A stretch of 64,000 nt of DNA from Mustelus asterias (taxonomy: Eukaryota): assembly GCF_964213995.1 (NCBI RefSeq), contig NC_135804.1:43524001-43588000 (forward strand). Direction: 5' to 3'. Each line of letters starts with the position of its first letter. Positions within the stretch are counted from its first letter, which is position 1. Positions 11,893-23,760 of the stretch are shown in pieces. The position numbers and the translations under genes were made by a program. Under the pieces are notes generated by a model, which had not been told where the DNA came from, made no database searches, and saw nothing but the letters and a program-made list of their open reading frames with translations.

Positions 11893-12478
11893 AAGAACAA
11901 AGAACAATACAGCACAGGAACAGGCCCTTCGGCCCTCCAAACCCGTGCCGCTCCCTGGTCCAAACTAGACCATTCTTTTGTATCCCTCCATTCCCACTCC
12001 GTTCATGTGGCTATCTAGATAAGTCTTAAATGTTCCCAGTGTGTCCGCCTCCACCACCTTGCCTGGCAGCGCATTCCAGGCCCCCACCACCCTCTGTGTA
12101 AAATATGTCCTTCTGATATCTGTGTTAAACCTCCCCCCCCTCACCTTGAACCCATGACTCCTTGTGAACGTCACCACCGACCTGGGAAAAAGCTTCCCAC
12201 TGTTCACCCTATCTATGCCCTTCATAATTTTATACACCTCCATCAGGTCACCCCTCATCCTCCGTCCTTCCAATGAGAACAACCCCAGTTTACCCAATCT
12301 CTCCTCATAACTAAGCCCTTCCATACCAGGCAACATCCTGGTAAACCTCCTCTGCACTCTCTCCAAAGCCTCCACGTCCTTCTGGTAGTGTGGCGACCAG
12401 AACTGGGCGCAGTATTCCAAATGCGGCCGAACCAATGTTCTATACAACTGCAACATCAGACCCCAACTTTTATACTCT
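11893..12478 (-). mobile_element. Young 5'-truncated CR1 LINE
   Basis: Open ORF2 C-terminus LYRTLVRPHLEYCAQFWSP...FTQRVVGAWNALP; (TCTTTGTT)n tail. Confidence 0.95.
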
Positions 12479-12729
12479 GTATCTATCTTTTAAGAAAGAA
12501 GGGATAACGACTCAGCTAATACCTTTTCTCCAAACATAGGGACAGATTAGAGCGTGTACTTCACATTGACAATATTTCCCCAAATTCTACCACGATTGCT
12601 AAGAAGTAAACTTCCTGTTTGAGTCATACGTATCAGTGGCATCAGGTTCAACCCAACGTTTATGCTAAAATAGCTGATTTTAGCGAGTACGGCTAAAAAG
12701 ATGCTGTAACCCTGGTTTAGAGAAGAGAA

Positions 12730-13323
12730 TGATGTGGAGATGCCGGCATTGGACTGGGGTAAACACAGTAAGAAGTTTAAGTGTTGTTAAACTTCTTTTA
12801 GTGAAGAGAACACAGTGAGAGTTTTAACAACACCAGGTTAAAGTCCAACAGGTTTATTTGGTAGCAAATGCCATTAGCTTTCGGAGCGCTGCTCCTTCAT
12901 CAGATGGAGTGGATATCTGCCCTCAAACAGGGCACAGAGACACAAAATCAAGTTACAGAATACTGATTAGAATGCGAATCTCTACAGCCAACCAGGTCTT
13001 AAAGATACAGACAATGTGAGTGGAGGGAGCATTAAGCACAGGTTGAAGAGATGTGTATTGTCTCCAGACAGGACAACCAGTGAGATTCTGCAAGTCCAGG
13101 AGGCAAGCTGTGGGGGTTACCGATAGTGTGACATAAATCCAAGATCCCGGTTTAGTCCGTCTTCACGTGTGCGGAACTTGGCTATCAGTTTCTGCTCAGG
13201 TACTCTGCGCTGTCGTGTGGCGTGAAGGCCGCCTTGGAGAACGCTTACCCGAAGATCAGAGGCTGAAAGCCCGTGACCGCTGAAGTGCTCCCCCACAGGA
13301 AGAGAACAGTCTTGTCTGGTGTG
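12730..13323 (-). mobile_element. Penelope-like element 3' fragment (compound insertion)
   Basis: Encodes RQDCSLPVGEHF...EQKLIAKF...GLNRD; 3' UTR nearly identical to the 6958 copy; rearranged end at 12730-12810. Confidence 0.92.
12871..12907 (-). ncRNA. Minimal hammerhead ribozyme motif
   Basis: CCAT-CTGATGA-A-GGAGC agc GCTCC-GAA-AGCT-A-ATGG; CUA cleavage triplet. Confidence 0.82.
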
Positions 13324-13645
13324 TAGTGAAGAGAAAATCAGCCATTCTGAATCACAACTGACCAATCACTATTGGAAATTGATGTGCACAGACACTGGAT
13401 AATGAATTCCCACCTCAATATGATAGCATTTCAGCTCACCGATATAAAATAGTCAGTTGTGCTTGGTACTTGGCAGGTAACCACCATCAATTGAAACGTA
13501 CCACAGTGAGATTGTCAACACCTTCAGGAAGAGGATGAAGGCATTCGGAGAGAAAAAAAAAATCACTTCTCTTCATTTTACCCAATTAGCCAATAGTAAT
13601 TTGTTAAAATCAGGTACTGAACAAAAATATCACCCCTCAGATTGC

Positions 13646-14124
13646 AGAAACATAGAAAAACTACAGCACAATACAGGCCCTTCAGCCCACAAAGTTGTGC
13701 CGAACATGTCCCTACCTTAGTGATTATTAGGCTTACCTATAACCCTCTATCTTGCTAAGTTCCATGTACTTATCTAAAAGTCTCTTAAAATACCCTATTG
13801 AATCCACCTCCACCACCGTTGCTGGCAGCCCATTCCACGCACCCACCACCCTCTGAGTGAAAAACGTACCCCTGACATCTCCTCTTTACCTACTCCCCAG
13901 CACCTTAAACCTGTGTCCTCTTGTGGCAACCATTTCAGCCCTAGGAAAAAGCCTCTGACTGTCCACTCAATCAATACCTCTCAACATCTTATACACCTCT
14001 ATCAGGTCACCCCTCATCCTTCATCTCTCCAAGAAGAAAAGGCCGAGCTCACTCAACCTATCCTCATAAGGCAAACCCCCCAACCCAGGCAACATCCTTG
14101 TAAATCTCCTCTGCACCCTTTCTA
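13646..14124 (-). mobile_element. CR1 LINE 3' fragment
   Basis: Reverse-complement CR1 ORF2 C-terminus motifs and a TTTCTATGTTTCT tail. Confidence 0.88.
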
Positions 14125-14126
14125 TG

Positions 14127-14297
14127 GCCAACGTTTCAAGTCTGGATGACCCTTCATCAGAGTCGCTCTGACGATGGGTCATCTAGACTTGAAACATCAG
14201 CTCTATTCTCTCCCCACAGATGCTGTCAGACCTACTGAGATTTTACAGCATTTTCTGTTTTTGTTTCAGATTCCGGCAACCGCGGTATTTTGCTTTT
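14127..14297. mobile_element. Short repeat with back-to-back hammerhead motifs
   Basis: Imperfect palindrome 14127-14201 gives CTGATGA..GAAACGTT on the minus strand and CTGACGA..GAAACATC on the plus strand, followed by the family body. Confidence 0.78.
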
Positions 14298-14299
14298 AT

Positions 14300-15085
14300 A
14301 AAAGTCAAGGTGTTTTGCTATAGTTGTACAGGGTGTTGTTGAGAGAACTTCTAGAATACCGTGCAGTGTTTTGTCCTCCTTATTTAAGAGAGGATATAAA
14401 TGCGTTAGAAACAATTCAGAGAAGGTTCATTTGACTGATATATGGGATGAGAAGGTTACCTTATGAGGAAAGGTTGGACAAGCTGAGTCTGTATTCATTG
14501 GAGTTTAGAAGATTGAGAAGATCTTATTGAAACATAAGATCCTGAGGGGACATTGCCAGAGTAGATACGGAAATGATGCCTCTCTGCATGGGAGAGACTA
14601 GAACTAGAGGATACAGTTTAAAAATAAGGTGGGGGGGGAAAGAGAGAGAGAGTTCTCCAGCCTCCCAGCCGCGTGTTTCTTGGCTGCAGGAAGTACAGCA
14701 CTGCTCACTGGCAGTGGGATTCTCCGTCAACGGGATTTTCCATTGATGTCACCCCATCCCACCGGGAAACACATGGGAGGTGGTGCACTGCTGGAGAATC
14801 CCGCCGGCGAGAACAGCCAGAGAATTTCCCTCAAGGGGTGAAGACAGAGATGAGATGAGAAGATATCTTTTCTCAGAGGATTGTGAATCTATGGGACTCT
14901 CTTCCCCAGATCGTGGTAGAGGCGGTGTCAATGGATATTTTTAAGGCAGAGGTAGATAGACGAACAAGGGAGTCAAAGATTATCAAGGGGCTAGGCGGAT
15001 GTGGGGCTGAGGCTAAAATCAGATCAGCTGTAATCTTATTGAATGCGGAGCAGGCTCGAGGGCCAAATTGCCTACTCCTGTTTCC
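14300..15085 (+). mobile_element. Old CR1 LINE 3' fragment with inserted MITE
   Basis: Degenerate LEY.VQ.W, YEERL and FSQR.VNLWDSLP motifs; 3' UTR GGCTCGAGGGCCAAATTGCCTACTCCTG. Confidence 0.85.
14629..14832 (+). mobile_element. ~200-bp MITE
   Basis: Homologous to 19305-19513; interrupts the CR1 with probable AAG/AAG flanks. Confidence 0.7.
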
Positions 15086-15262
15086 TCCCACAGTCCAAAG
15101 ATGTGCAGGTTAGGTGGATTAGCCATGCTAAATTGCCCTTTAGTGTCAGGGGGACTAGCTAGGGTAAATGCATGGGGTCATGGGGATAGGGCCTGGGTGG
15201 GATTGTGATCGGTGCAGACTCGATGGGCTGATTGGCCTCCTTCTGCACTGTGGAATTCTATG
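15080..15262 (+). mobile_element. 5'-truncated HE1 SINE
   Basis: Runs from TTTCCTCCCACAGTCCAAAGATGTGC to the ATTCTATG tail. Confidence 0.9.
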
Positions 15263-16199
15263 CTTGTTCATACATAGCGTTTGCTCCAGTTTAATAGACT
15301 GAATGCCTTCCCTGTTATTGAGTGCAGCGCAGTTCTAATATATAATTATCGTCACACTGTTACAAGTATTATTTTTCAATTAAAACTGCATTTCAGCAAG
15401 TTTCCATTTTCAGCCTCCAGACACATCGCAAGGTTTGGCAATCTCTCTGTCACTTAAATGCGATGGAAACCGTACTGCCATAGAAACCGATTCAAAGACC
15501 AAATATTAGTCATGCAGTCAGTGCTTCCTTTGTGATAGAATTTAGAAAGAAAATTTCTTCTCAACACGCTTCCCGAATTACCATTTTGTCGGCCCATCTT
15601 CTGGGATCCAGTGTGGATGAAAAGAGCCGTCCCTGACTTAAATCTTATGTTGTGGTTTGTTGATAAACAAAAATTCATGCCACTAAAAATCAAAGGAAAC
15701 CACAGAACCACAGTAGTGTGTGCTTGCAGGTGATAATACATGCTTAATTACTGCATTGTGAATTGTAATAAAATACAATATGATTTACTCCACATTAGAG
15801 TAAGTCTAATGAAGAACACAAGAGCAGATGTGGGTTATTTTGCTTCACCTCCGTAGCAAATGAAAGTTTAAAATCTTTTATTCCCCCCTCTATTTCTCTT
15901 ACCATTCCTGTAGTTGATTCCTTGTTACGTTATGGTGTCTCAAGTTTCCCCGCCCACCGCCCAGCCCTATTGCCCAGCCTATGTATCCGTTCATTCTTAA
16001 ACCTCAGTAACCTCATTCCAGCAGCTGGAATGAGGTGAGGCGGATCTTCCATCCTCTTCTTTGTCACTTCATCCCAAACCTGGGTTCAGGGTAGGGGAAG
16101 TGGGTATGCAAGATGATTTGGGGTAGGTGCCTAGCAGGAACATCTTTCACACGGAGCTGGCAGAATATGAGGGCGGCATCTTGACGTTCAGGGGTAGAG

Positions 16200-16399
16200 A
16201 TGAAAGTCGTATTTGTCCCAGAAGCTGCTCTCCCCTTTGAGAGAGAGAGAGAGAGAGCTGAATGATGGCGCTTTAACCTGAGGGGCAAGGTTGAGAAGGT
16301 GGGGCCTTCATGAATAACCTCAGCCTTTATGGGAATTGAACCTGCGCTTTGGCGTTACTCCGCATCACGAAGCAGCCATCCAGCCAACTGAGCGAACCA
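16200..16399 (-). mobile_element. Short tRNA-derived SINE containing a (GA)n tract
   Basis: Minus strand GGTTCGCTCAGTTGG (A box) ... GGTTCAATTCC (B box). Confidence 0.65.
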
Positions 16400-16588
16400 A
16401 CTTTTCCAAATATTTACTTTTAAAATTGATGTGAATTTTAATAGCAGAGGATGGTTTAAATCAATCAACCTCTGGGTTATGGGGCCCAGCATGCTTCCAC
16501 TCTGAAGGTGAAGGAGAGGGAGAGGAGGAACTGGGGGGGGGGAACCCAAGATCTTAATTTGGTTGCAGATTTAGGTTAAAAAAGATAC

Positions 16589-16682
16589 TGGGGGGAATTT
16601 TCTGGCTGTTCAAGCCAACAGGATTTTCTGGTCCCGCTGCAATGAACGGAGATTTGGTGTGAACGACCAAAAAATTCCAGCC
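16589..16682 (+). mobile_element. Internally deleted MITE
   Basis: GGGGGAATTTTCTGG / AAAATTCCAGCC; same subfamily as 45979 and 49657. Confidence 0.7.
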
Positions 16683-18310
16683 ATTTTGTTTTCCACTTGC
16701 TCTTAAGAGCAAAACTCAAACCTTCTCTCGATGGGCATGGAATTTGCTGAGACTAGGTGAGGTGAACTGGGTGGAATTCTTGGATATCTTGCAAATGCCC
16801 TCCCCCAAATATACCTTTAAACTGCTGCCCGTATGTAATGGATAGGGATAAAAAGTTCAGCTTATTCTCTCCCATTCCTCGCCAACATCCCAGCAGAGAT
16901 TTCCAATATTGGTTGAATGGGGCCCAATGGATCAAGGCCTAGAATTTGTGGGCCTTAAGGTCAATGGACTCTTGCATCTCAGGGCTCTTGAACCTACCCA
17001 TATTCAACAACCACATTTGGCAATAGGCCACTGCATAGCTATCCGGAGTGAGAACCGTAGCAAATGTTTCTAAAATAAAAGTACCAAAGCTTATAGAAAT
17101 AACCCTAACACCACCCTAGTTGATGTTAGCAGGATTAGCACTTGCTGGGATTGAACCGGGTGCCAGTTCGGCCTGACCATACTGTATCTCCCGTTAGTTG
17201 TCATTGTGTTAATTATCGGAAATCCGGTGGAAACAATTTTGTTAAATAAGATGGTTGCACACACCACATTCCACAAATAACCTCATCTACGTCTCATGTG
17301 CAGGACATGAATCTCGCTCACATTATTTTTTTTAAATAAATGAGCAGAACATAAACTATATTGCAAAAAAACTTTGTGTAGTAGGTATAGTAAAGTTTTA
17401 GTTGCTTGGCACAGTCATTTTAATTTGTGGCAGAAAGAACCAAATACTGCAGAGAATTATTTACTGAGAATGGTATTTCTGATCTGTTGGAGAACATACT
17501 GCCAATCACTGAAAAGTCTATTGTTAATTTTTGTTGAAAAGGTGACCATTTTGGGGTATGTCCATCTTTGAAATAAACACTCTGTTGTACTAAATATTAG
17601 AAGAGAAAGGATAAAGGGAATGCCAGAGAGCGAGATTAGGTTAAATGGTTCATGCGGAGAGGAATACACCTGCACAGATCTGATAGGGTGAATGACCTAT
17701 TTTTTGTACTGTAACAGACCATGATTGGAGTTATTCAAAATGCAATCAAATTCCACAATGGAAGAGTTATTGCATCAGAGAGGTGAGCCTTTTGCCATTT
17801 CTGACCTCTTATTACACACTTCTATAAAACTTGCTTTCTTTTTCAACCTGTATTGCACAGGTTATTCCATTAAAGCAAAAGCTATTGATTTAAGAGTAAG
17901 TTGCAAGATTAAGTTAACTAATGCCAGTTTCAGAAAAGCAACATATTGCAAAATTAAATGTAACAAGTAAGAACCTCAATTTTTAAATTATTTGTCTCCT
18001 ATTCTTTTAGGTCGTCCTCTACCACATACTTCTCGTCATATAAAGCCAGCTGGGTAACCTGCCCCATACTTCTGCCATGCTGATCTTGAGTTGACTAAAC
18101 AAAGGATTTGTGGTGACACACACTTTTCCTTCTTCCTGTATTGTGGTGGGAAACTACCCATGCAATGAAGAGCCTCTTCTTCTCTGTATGGTGCCTCACA
18201 CTGTTGCCAGTAATGAAGTGGAGATGCCGGCGTTGGACTGGGGTAAACATAGTAAGAAGTTTAACAACACCAGGTTAAACTCCAACAGGTTTATTTGGTA
18301 GCAAAAGCCA

Positions 18311-18347
18311 CACAAGCTTTCGGAGCTCCAAGCCCCTTCTTCAGGTG
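18311..18347 (-). ncRNA. Minimal hammerhead ribozyme motif
   Basis: CAC-CTGAAGA-A-GGGGCT tgg AGCTCC-GAA-AGCT-T-GTG. Confidence 0.75.
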
Positions 18348-19183
18348 AGTGGGAATTCTGTTCACAAACAGGGCAATATAAAGACACAAACTCAATTTAC
18401 ATGAATAATGAATAATGAATACAGCTAATCAAGTCTTTAAGATATAAACAATGTGAGTGGAGAGAGCATCAAGACAGGCTAAAGAGATGTGTATTGTCTC
18501 CAGACAGTGAGACTCTGCAGGTCCAGGCAAGCTGTGGGGATTACAAATAGTGTGACATGAACCCAATATCCCGGTTGAGGCAAGACGTGCCGGATCATCG
18601 ACACAGATGCCATCATCTCACGTGAGAACACCATCCGCCAGGTACACGGTACATACTCTTGCAACTCGGCCAACGTTGTCTACCTGATACGCTGCAGGAA
18701 AGGATGTCCCGACGCATGGTACATTGGGGAAACCATGCAGACGCTGTGACAACGGATGAATGAACACCACTCGACAATCACCAGGCAAGACTGTTCTCTT
18801 CCTGTTGGGGAGCACTTCAGCGGTCACGGGCATTCAGCCTCTGATATTCGGGTAAGCGTTCTCTAAGGCGGCCTTCACGACACATGACGGCGCAGAGTCG
18901 CTGAGCAGAAACTAATAGCCAAGTTCCGCACACATGAGAACGGCCTCAACCGGGATATTGGGTTCATGTCACACTATTTGTAATCCCCACAGCTTGCCTG
19001 GACCTGCAGAGTCTCACTGTCTGGAGACAATACACATCTCTTTAGCCTGTCTTGATGCTCTCTCCACTCACATTGTTTGTATCTTAAAGACTTGATTAGC
19101 TGTAAGTATTCGCATTCCAACCATTATTCATGTAAATTGAGTTTGTGTCTTTATATGCCCTGTTTGTGAACAGAATTCCCACT

Positions 19184-19220
19184 CACCTGAAGAAGGGGCT
19201 TGGGGCTCCGAAAGCTTGTG
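19184..19220 (+). ncRNA. Minimal hammerhead ribozyme motif
   Basis: CAC-CTGAAGA-A-GGGGCTTGGGGCTCC-GAA-AGCT-T-GTG. Confidence 0.75.
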
Positions 19221-19304
19221 TGGCTTTTGCTACCAAATAAACCTGTTGGACTTTAACCTGGTGTTGTTAAACTTCTTACTGTGTTTGCCAGTAATGAAGT
19301 CAGA

Positions 19305-19513
19305 GGGTGAGATTCTTTGGCCTCCCAGCCGTGTGCTTCCCGTCAGCGGGAGGCGACATGTTGTTTGCTAGTGGCAGGATTCTATGGTCCCGCCACTGTC
19401 AATAGGAACTTCCATTGACGTCACCCCACACCGGCGGGAAACCCACGGGCAGGGGTGTGCTGCCGACTCTACCAGAGAGTCCCGCCTGCATGGACGGCCG
19501 GATAATTCCAGCC
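19305..19513 (+). mobile_element. ~210-bp MITE
   Basis: GGGTGAGATTCT / ATAATTCCAGCC ends; AGA/AGA TSD. Confidence 0.78.
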
Positions 19514-19970
19514 AGAAACTCCTTTTGTGAGGGGTTATTAGCTTGAGACATGTCCTATCGGTGCAGGAGTCAGAAACACCCCGAGTGAGGAGTGTAATGT
19601 TGTCTTGCCAAGTGTGGCAAAAAACGACTCAGGTAGATGTTGGCTTTGTCCAATTTGTGTGAAAGAGGCGTTGGTGAATCAGCACCACATTCCACATCTC
19701 GATTCTTTATTGCAATTGACTTGAATGTAAAGAAAAATCATGAAGGTGTATCGTGGGTTCCTGATCTGTTATCACCCATTTTACACAATGGCCCGGATTT
19801 TCTGGCCTCTGGATTGTCGGCAATCAGGAGACTGGACATATGACCCAGGATGTACTTCAGAACCCTGTTGAATTTGGGCATGCTAACTTGAGGGGATTAT
19901 CTGGGAAGTTTGGGCTTATGATGGGTCTTGCTCCCCAAGACCATTCGAAAATGTCTCGGTGGAGGGGTTG

Positions 19971-20640
19971 GGGTAATCTTACCAAAAAACTTCTAAGTGC
20001 CAAACGATTGTGAAAACAGGAGAGAATCGTGCCCATGTTTTGTGTGAGCTCCCAGACACAATTGTATGGCACTTAGTTTGAAAAAAAGCCATAATGTGAT
20101 TCTCGCCCAGCGGGGGCAGGCAGAGCCTAATCTTGCGGGAAGCCAATTGCTGAGCTCCAGGGGCACTATCGCATGGCGCCCCGATCTCCCAGTACACAGT
20201 GTACATAGTGCACTGGTAGATCTCCTGTCACCTCCATCCCACCTGGACATCACCACCCTGCCCGCCAATCACTGCCCTGGCATCACCCCCCTGCTGATGG
20301 CCCACTCCTGACATTGCCTCCCCCCTCCAACCCAGATGCAGAGTTCCTCCCTACCTCCCTCAACATGGCCTTGCTCCCTCAGGCCACGCCCCCATCAGGC
20401 CCAACCCCATCAGGCCCCACCCATCATGCTCCACCCCCTTGGCGCTGCCTGGGTGATGGGCAGTGCCAAGGTGCCCTGCTGGCAGTGCCAGGATGTCAGG
20501 CTGGCACTGCCCAAGGGGCACTCAGGGGGCTTCAATGATCTCCATTCCCACCAGCAAGGCCATCATGTCTGATCTCCATTGTTGGGGATCTTACGTGACC
20601 CTTGCTGGTGAGGACCTCGACTGGTGAACAGATAAGGGCA
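19971..20640 (+). mobile_element. Non-autonomous TIR element, partial
   Basis: Starts GGGTAATCTTACCAAAAAACTTCTAAGTGCC; homologous to 3413-4459. Confidence 0.6.
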
Positions 20641-21297
20641 CCCTATCTGCTTACCCACTTACCTCATCCACCTACGCACCCTACCCATTCGCTCATTCTT
20701 CCATTTACCCATACACTAAGATTCACGCTGATATTTAAACATACCTTATGGCAGCTGGTGCTCTAAAAAGGTGGCATGTCTTCTGTGCTTATTCGATCGC
20801 TGCTTTGTGTATCAACCTCCCTTTATCACATTTTGATGCCTTAAGTTTCTTTTGTGATTTGTTTTTAGTTTAAGGCAGTATCCCTTTAATGTCCCTCACT
20901 CCTTGGGGAGGGAGGGAGTTCTTGTGCATCATGGATCAGAAGTCTGGTCTTTTTAAATGTATCCACGTAATTTTTCTGTCTGATCAGTTTCCGATACAAT
21001 GGTTCCCAAACTAATCGGAACATTTGGGCTTATCAGATGGAATTAAACTCTACGCCATTGTGTCCATTATACATCTGCAAAAAGGGCAGTATCATATTTG
21101 AACTTTAAACTTTAATTCTCTTTACTATTTTCTAATAGTGATTTACAATAAATTCCATTTTGCTAATGTACAATTAATCATTTTAAGCTTATCCCTACAC
21201 ACTAGAGATAAACCGATAAATAGTGAAATAAAAACAGAAAATGCTGGAAAAACTCAGCAGGCTTGATAGTGCCGGTGGAGTGAGAAACTGAGTTAAT

Positions 21298-21423
21298 GGT
21301 CGGAGTTTTACTGGCACACCAGTCCCAGAATCGGGGCGGGCAAGGCTCTCCGAATTGAATTCTCCGTTGGCCTTGGGCAGGATTTTACGAGCCTCACCCA
21401 AGCTGGGTCATAAAATCCTGGCC
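21298..21423 (-). mobile_element. ~125-bp MITE
   Basis: GGTCGGAGTTTTAC / ATAAAATCCTGGCC; AAT/AAT TSD. Confidence 0.8.
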
Positions 21424-21426
21424 AAT

Positions 21427-22175
21427 GGGTGGAATTCTCCCATCTGTAAGGGAGTGGGGAGTGTCTCCCACTGCAAAGGGCGATGGGAAACCTCACCATA
21501 CTTTCTTGCCCGATCTCGTTAATTATGCAGTGGGAGTTTAATGCCATATTCCGAGGTGGGGCAGACTTGATTGCGCTTGTTCCATCTGTCATATTCGGGT
21601 ACCATATTGAAAAGGCACCTGACATCACTGACCCATGGTTAAAGAAAGAGATGGAACTCCTGAAAAGAAGGTGGACCTCCTGAACAAGAAGATGGATCTC
21701 CAGGAACATCTGAGACTGGGTGATGGACCTCCTCAATGACACTGAAGCTGGAAGATCCACCTGATGCTCCCCCCCCCACCATCCCCTCATCGTTGTGGTG
21801 TTCTAGATTTGCTGGTAGTTTCCACTCCGAATCCTGGAGACTGTCCCAGTCATTTTTCAGGTAGGTCCCAACTTCTGCACGACAGACGTGTTCCAGACAT
21901 GCTCCAGACTGGTATGTTTTCTCACTGTTGTCACGAAGAATCAGGTGTTGGGGGAAGATCCCGGTCAGGCCTTCCTTTGCATCCCATCGGTGAGGTACAA
22001 ATCAGTTTCACGATGGCTACCAGCAGGTTTCCTAATCTGCCATGTCGGGCACCAGCTCAGGGTTCCGCGGGAAATACATACAAGCGTAAAACCGATTTTG
22101 GGACCTTCCGCCAGAATTCCCTCCCACCCCCCACAACACCATTGAACCCAGTGGGGTTTTGGGAAAATCCCACCC
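21427..22175. mobile_element. ~750-bp non-autonomous TIR element
   Basis: TIRs GGGTGGAATTCTCCC / GGGAAAATCCCACCC; AAT/AAC flanks. Confidence 0.8.
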
Positions 22176-22191
22176 AACGTTTCGAGTTCAT

Positions 22192-22305
22192 GGTGGGATT
22201 TTACAGCCTCACTCAACCCGAGCCCGGAAAATCCCGCCTGATGTCACTTCCCATTGTCCGTCCCTTGCCTGTTCTGATTCCTGTGGTGAGCAGGGCGGTA
22301 GAATG
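22192..22305 (+). mobile_element. ~115-bp MITE
   Basis: GGTGGGATTTTACAGCC...GGCGGTAGAAT; same subfamily as 5995. Confidence 0.72.
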
Positions 22306-22912
22306 TTGAAGCGTATGTCTCTTCTTCTTCTAGCTCTGAAGAGAAAGCACAGCCTCGAAATGTTCTGTCCATAGCTGCTACCAGACCTGCTGAGTTTATC
22401 CCATTTTCTGTTTTTATTGCAGATTTCCAGCATCTGCCGTATTCTGCTTTTAGTTTTTTGCCCCCAATAGACAGTAAGCTTGTCCACTTACCACAGCAAT
22501 CTTCGTGGATCACATGACTGGAGAATGGCTGGTGTGCGTAATAAGCAGATTACTCAATCTCTTGCTGCTTTTTTTTGTTGAGATAATTTTAAAGTATATA
22601 TATATATGAAAGAGACAAACTGAACATGAATTTGAAAAATGGTTTTCTGGGCATGTTGCTACTTCCTTTCTATACCAATGTAGCAGTAAGAGTGCCAATT
22701 TATACTGCAAGATTGTAAACTTTAAGCAAAGGTATGATGCCACATTACTGCTATTTTAAATCTCATAGCGTTGTATGGAAAGGAGACAGAGAAAATGTCA
22801 CTGTTTATTGGGATAGCTTTGTGTTCTAAAATAGTCTATGGACCCATAAATAAACATGGAATGCTATCCTCACTATTACAGTTGTGCCCCATATATTATA
22901 TCACAATACTCG

Positions 22913-23149
22913 TGTCACTGTATGTGTGGAGTTTGCACATTCTCCCCGTGTCTGTGTGGGTTTCCTCCGGGTGCTCCGACTTCCTCCCACAGTCCAAAGT
23001 TGTGCGGGTTAGGTTGATTGGCTATGCAGGGAACTAACAGGGTAAATATGTGGGGTTACGGGAATAGGGCCTGGGTGGGATTGTGGCCGGTGCAGACTCA
23101 ATGGGCCGAATGGCCTCCTTCTGCACTGTAGGGATCCTATGATTCTATG
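22913..23149 (+). mobile_element. 5'-truncated HE1 SINE
   Basis: V-domain through to the GATTCTATGA tail. Confidence 0.9.
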
Positions 23150-23697
23150 AATTTGGTAAATTACTTACCTTTTTAATCCCAGTGCAAAGTAAACACCTCA
23201 GTTCACAAGCTCGACAATGGAGCTTATTAAAAGTTTCAAATTAAACAAGTTGGTACTGTCTTGTGTTTTTTTCCCCCCAGTAATACTTACCTTTCTTTGT
23301 TATGATATGCAGCTTTAAGGCAAAGGGAGGAAACATTCTGCTTTAAAATCGACCAGCTGTGATTGATTAGCATTTCATTACTTCACTACACTTCTTCACC
23401 GTAAGCTCCCAACAGGGGTCCACATTTCACATGCATGCATTTGATGGATAATGTTTACAGAGGTTTAACAAACTTTACTGCCTCTACCTAAGAACTAACA
23501 GCCTCACTTTATATACCACAGGGTGGGAGTGGCTGTCAAACAAAATAAAATCTTTCTTCAGTTGAACCAAACTAGTTTCTACCTTAATTGTCCTAATGTG
23601 ATGAGCCACCATTTTCTTTTGCACCGCAGTCGAGTGAAAACCTTTGGATGCTACAGGAGGTTGAGTTGGTATTCTGCAAATGATAGAAACTTGAAGA

Positions 23698-23760
23698 AAC
23701 GTAAGAAACAATACTTTTCACTGTGTACTAATACATGTGATAATAAATTAAATCAAATTT
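23698..23760 (+). mobile_element. LINE extreme 3' end (Rex1/Babar-like)
   Basis: AAGAAACAATACTTTTCACTGTGTACTAATACATGTGATAATAAATTAAATCAAAT; reverse complement of the repeats at 37028 and 50668. Confidence 0.55.

Larger units (their letters stand above)
18220..19284. mobile_element. Penelope-like element with inverted pLTR arms and 16-bp target duplication
   Basis: Arms ~18245-18580 and ~18944-19286 are reverse complements. A GIY-YIG segment on + (18581-18982) has three premature stops. TTGCCAGTAATGAAGT occurs at 18204-18219 and 19285-19300. Confidence 0.92.
21225..22452. mobile_element. Palindromic hammerhead-type repeat carrying three nested TIR elements
   Basis: Left arm AAAACAGAAAATGCTGGAAAAACTCAGCAGG; right arm CCTGCTGAGTTTATCCCATTTTCTGTTTT. 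Inserts at 21298-21423, 21427-22175 and ~22192-22305. Confidence 0.72.

Noticed and set aside
23165-23340. Two minus-strand AG|GTAAGT donors
   Set aside because: No convincing upstream acceptor or coherent reading frame.
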